From contig CBFDEM010000029.1 in assembly GCA_965603825.1 (NCBI GenBank), positions 369,080 through 433,079 on the forward strand: a stretch of 64,000 bases of DNA, given 5' to 3'. Positions 60,756 through 64,000 of the stretch are shown here, piece after piece. Each line of letters starts with the position of its first letter. Position 1 is the first letter of the stretch. This DNA is from Blepharisma stoltei ATCC 30299 (taxonomy: Eukaryota; Protista; Ciliophora). The notes below the pieces were generated by a model. It did no database searches, had not been told where the DNA came from, and saw only the letters and a list, made by a program, of their open reading frames with translations. The position numbers and the translations under genes were made by a program.

Positions 60756-62042
60756 GTTGTACATGTAAAAACAATTTTTATGATTTATTAAGTACAAATA
60801 AAGCAATTTTTATTAAAAATTAAGTTCAACAGTTTTTCTTAAATAAAATCAAGCTTGTAATAGTTATTCTAATCCCGTCTGCTGCTATGTAAATTTCCCT
60901 TTTCTACATATGAAATAAATTTGAAGAAGATTAGAGCCAATTACCGAGTTTTTTTTTGTTTTGCATTTTTAATCATACAACTTCAATTTCATAGTCTTAT
61001 CCATTTACGTACCCCATCAAATGTAATCTTAATGCTCTTACTAGGATCATTGCGTTATAATCTGCGGATTTATAAAGCCTTAAATTGCCCTTTTTAACTA
61101 AATATCATAAAAGATTTTTATTAATATCCAGCAATTAGGGTATTCCATTAAGATTATGTTATGGCAATATGAGTAAGCTTTAAGCATGAGACTAATTTAT
61201 TTTATTAGTTCTATCCAAATTGAATCATACTGATAATTTGAATGGATTGAAATCATCTTCTCCTCCAAATAATAGACATTCTTGTTAAAATATATACTAA
61301 TTTCTTATAATAGCCCAGTTAGGGCAGTTTTTGAGCAGACCAGAAAGATTTAGTCTTAAAGATCGCATTTTTCCTCGCAATGTAGGTGAAAAATATGCAA
61401 AACAAGCATAATAATTAAAATTAATTTTCAATGACACCCAATAATATTTATCACCATGACTTTATATTTATTTAAAGTCACTTGGCATATGAAAATCCAT
61501 TGGAAAACCATATGATTTTGACATGTACCAGACAAAAAACCCTTCCTATTGGCTACCGTTTGATCTTCTCAAAAAGAACCTAAAAATGGCTTAGGTAGGA
61601 ATTCTAACCCCAAGCTAAAATTAATCTAAAATAAAGCTATGCCCAATATGAACTTATGGTGAAATAAAGATATTCTAATCAGATGCTAACTGCCCAAAGC
61701 AATTCGAATCATAATAACTTACCGGGTTTTTTTGTGATATTACCATTGTATTCACAAAGGCAATTACAATTATAAAATTGATTGCATCAAGAAAAAGTTA
61801 TATATTTAAAATCAATACAAGGAGATCAATGCGCATCTTGTCTTTTTTTATCAGATGCAGGCTAAAATATATAACCAAAATTGTCTGCTTTATTTCACAA
61901 TAGATTAATCTTCCTTTGCGTATTATCTCAGAATTAGTATAAATTTGTAAGGCAAAAGTAATAAATTTTGCTTTAATTGCTATATTTAATAAATCTATAT
62001 ATTATATACTAATAAGAACGAACTCTAGCGAAATATTCTTTA

Positions 62043-64000
62043 TTAGGGTGTTAGGGTGTTAGGGTGTTAGGGTGTTAGGGTGTTAGGGTGTTAGGGTGTT
62101 AGGGTGTTAGGGTGTTAGGGTGTTAGGGTGTTAGGGTGTTAGGGTGTTAGGGTGTTAGGGTGTTAGGGTGTTAGGGTGTTAGGGTGTTAGGGTGTTAGGG
62201 TGTTAGGGTGTTAGGGTGTTAGGGTGTTAGGGTGTTAGGGTGTTAGGGTGTTAGGGTGTTAGGGTGTTAGGGTGTTAGGGTGTTAGGGTGTTAGGGTGTT
62301 AGGGTGTTAGGGTGTTAGGGTGTTAGGGTGTTAGGGTGTTAGGGTGTTAGGGTGTTAGGGTGTTAGGGTGTTAGGGTGTTAGGGTGTTAGGGTGTTAGGG
62401 TGTTAGGGTGTTAGGGTGTTAGGGTGTTAGGGTGTTAGGGTGTTAGGGTGTTAGGGTGTTAGGGTGTTAGGGTGTTAGGGTGTTAGGGTGTTAGGGTGTT
62501 AGGGTGTTAGGGTGTTAGGGTGTTAGGGTGTTAGGGTGTTAGGGTGTTAGGGTGTTAGGGTGTTAGGGTGTTAGGGTGTTAGGGTGTTAGGGTGTTAGGG
62601 TGTTAGGGTGTTAGGGTGTTAGGGTGTTAGGGTGTTAGGGTGTTAGGGTGTTAGGGTGTTAGGGTGTTAGGGTGTTAGGGTGTTAGGGTGTTAGGGTGTT
62701 AGGGTGTTAGGGTGTTAGGGTGTTAGGGTGTTAGGGTGTTAGGGTGTTAGGGTGTTAGGGTGTTAGGGTGTTAGGGTGTTAGGGTGTTAGGGTGTTAGGG
62801 TGTTAGGGTGTTAGGGTGTTAGGGTGTTAGGGTGTTAGGGTGTTAGGGTGTTAGGGTGTTAGGGTGTTAGGGTGTTAGGGTGTTAGGGTGTTAGGGTGTT
62901 AGGGTGTTAGGGTGTTAGGGTGTTAGGGTGTTAGGGTGTTAGGGTGTTAGGGTGTTAGGGTGTTAGGGTGTTAGGGTGTTAGGGTGTTAGGGTGTTAGGG
63001 TGTTAGGGTGTTAGGGTGTTAGGGTGTTAGGGGTGTTAGGGTGTTAGGGTGTTAGGGTGTTAGGGTGTTAGGGTGTTAGGGTGTTAGGGTGTTAGGGTGT
63101 TAGGGTGTTAGGGTGTTAGGGTGTTAGGGTGTTAGGGTGTTAGGGTGTTAGGGTGTTAGGGTGTTAGGGTGTTAGGGTGTTAGGGTGTTAGGGTGTTAGG
63201 GTGTTAGGGTGTTAGGGTGTTAGGGTGTTAGGGTGTTAGGGTGTTAGGGTGTTAGGGTGTTAGGGTGTTAGGGTGTTAGGGTGTTAGGGTGTTAGGGTGT
63301 TAGGGTGTTAGGGTGTTAGGGTGTTAGGGGTGTTAGGGTGTTAGGGTGTTAGGGTGTTAGGGTGTTAGGGTGTTAGGGTGTTAGGGTGTTAGGGTGGTGT
63401 TAGGGTGTTTAGGGTGTTAGGGTGTTAGGGTGTTAGGGTGTTAGGGTGTTAGGGTGTTAGGGTGTTAGGGTGTTAGGGTGTTAGGGTGTTAGGGTGTTAG
63501 GGTGTTAGGGTGTTAGGGTGTTAGGGTGTTAGGGTGTTAGGGTGTTAGGGTGTTAGGGTGTTAGGGTGTTAGGGTGTTAGGGTGTTAGGGTGTTAGGGTG
63601 TTAGGGTGTTAGGGTGTTAGGGTGTTAGGGTGTTAGGGTGTTAGGGTGTTAGGGTGTTAGGGTGTTAGGGTGTTAGGGTGTTAGGGTGTTAGGGTGTTAG
63701 GGTGTTAGGGTGTTAGGGTGTTAGGGTGTTAGGGTGTTAGGGTGTTAGGGTGTTAGGGTGTTAGGGTGTTAGGGTGTTAGGGTGTTAGGGTGTTAGGGTG
63801 TTAGGGTGTGTTAGGGTGTTAGGGTGTTAGGGTGTTAGGGTGTTAGGGTGTTAGGGTGTTGGTGTTAGGGTGGGGTTGGGTGTTTGGGGTTAGGGTGTTA
63901 GGTGTGGGTTAGGGTGTTTGGGTGTTAGGGTGTTGGGTGTTAGGGTGTTAGGGTGTGTTAGGGTGTTAGGGTGTTAGGGTGTTAGGGTGTTAGGGTGTTA
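62043..64000 (+). repeat. Telomere, (TTAGGGTG)n = (CCCTAACA)n, about 245 units
   Basis: Direct 8-nt tandem array running to the window end, G-rich strand oriented toward the terminus; matches the heterotrich (Stentor/Blepharisma) repeat. Confidence 0.98.

Noticed and set aside
1-62042. tRNA, rRNA, snRNA, transposase or terminal inverted repeats
   Set aside because: None recognised by eye; a covariance-model and repeat search would be needed to exclude them.
62043-64000. CRISPR array or satellite
   Set aside because: Spacer-less 8-nt G-rich terminal repeat typical of a telomere.

Overview
This is the gene-dense, AT-rich end of a eukaryotic chromosome, most likely the macronuclear genome of a heterotrich ciliate of the genus Blepharisma. 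Three signatures visible in the sequence support this. (1) In-frame TGA is read as Trp: it falls in invariant Trp motifs (kinase DMWS, debranching enzyme GTWMDKMG, GPCR GWCW) and swaps with TGG between two tandem paralogs, while TAA/TAG stay stops. (2) There are at least 14 tiny 15-16 nt GTA...AG introns, all with A at position -6. (3) A ~1.96 kb terminal (TTAGGGTG)n = (CCCTAACA)n telomere ends the window. With TGA=Trp and introns removed, the fragmented ORF track collapses into about 31 genes. They include a TauE-family transporter, EF-hand protein, CAR-like GPCR, CG-1-like protein, LITAF protein, Kelch/Cys-rich membrane protein, MORN-phosphatase, LRR protein, YJU2/CCDC130-like protein, DYRK, NME7, MRD1/RBM19, ArfGAP, prefoldin 3, kinesin, a pseudokinase-ZnF-SPRY protein, cNMP-binding protein, NT-C2 protein, C2H2 zinc finger and CTR9. 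The most notable items are a tandem glycogen debranching enzyme pair (both with an inserted CBM48-like module; the second copy has lost the glucosidase domain and has an extra intron) and a 1194-aa Venus-flytrap multi-TM receptor near the telomere. All domain calls come from motif recognition by eye, not database searches.
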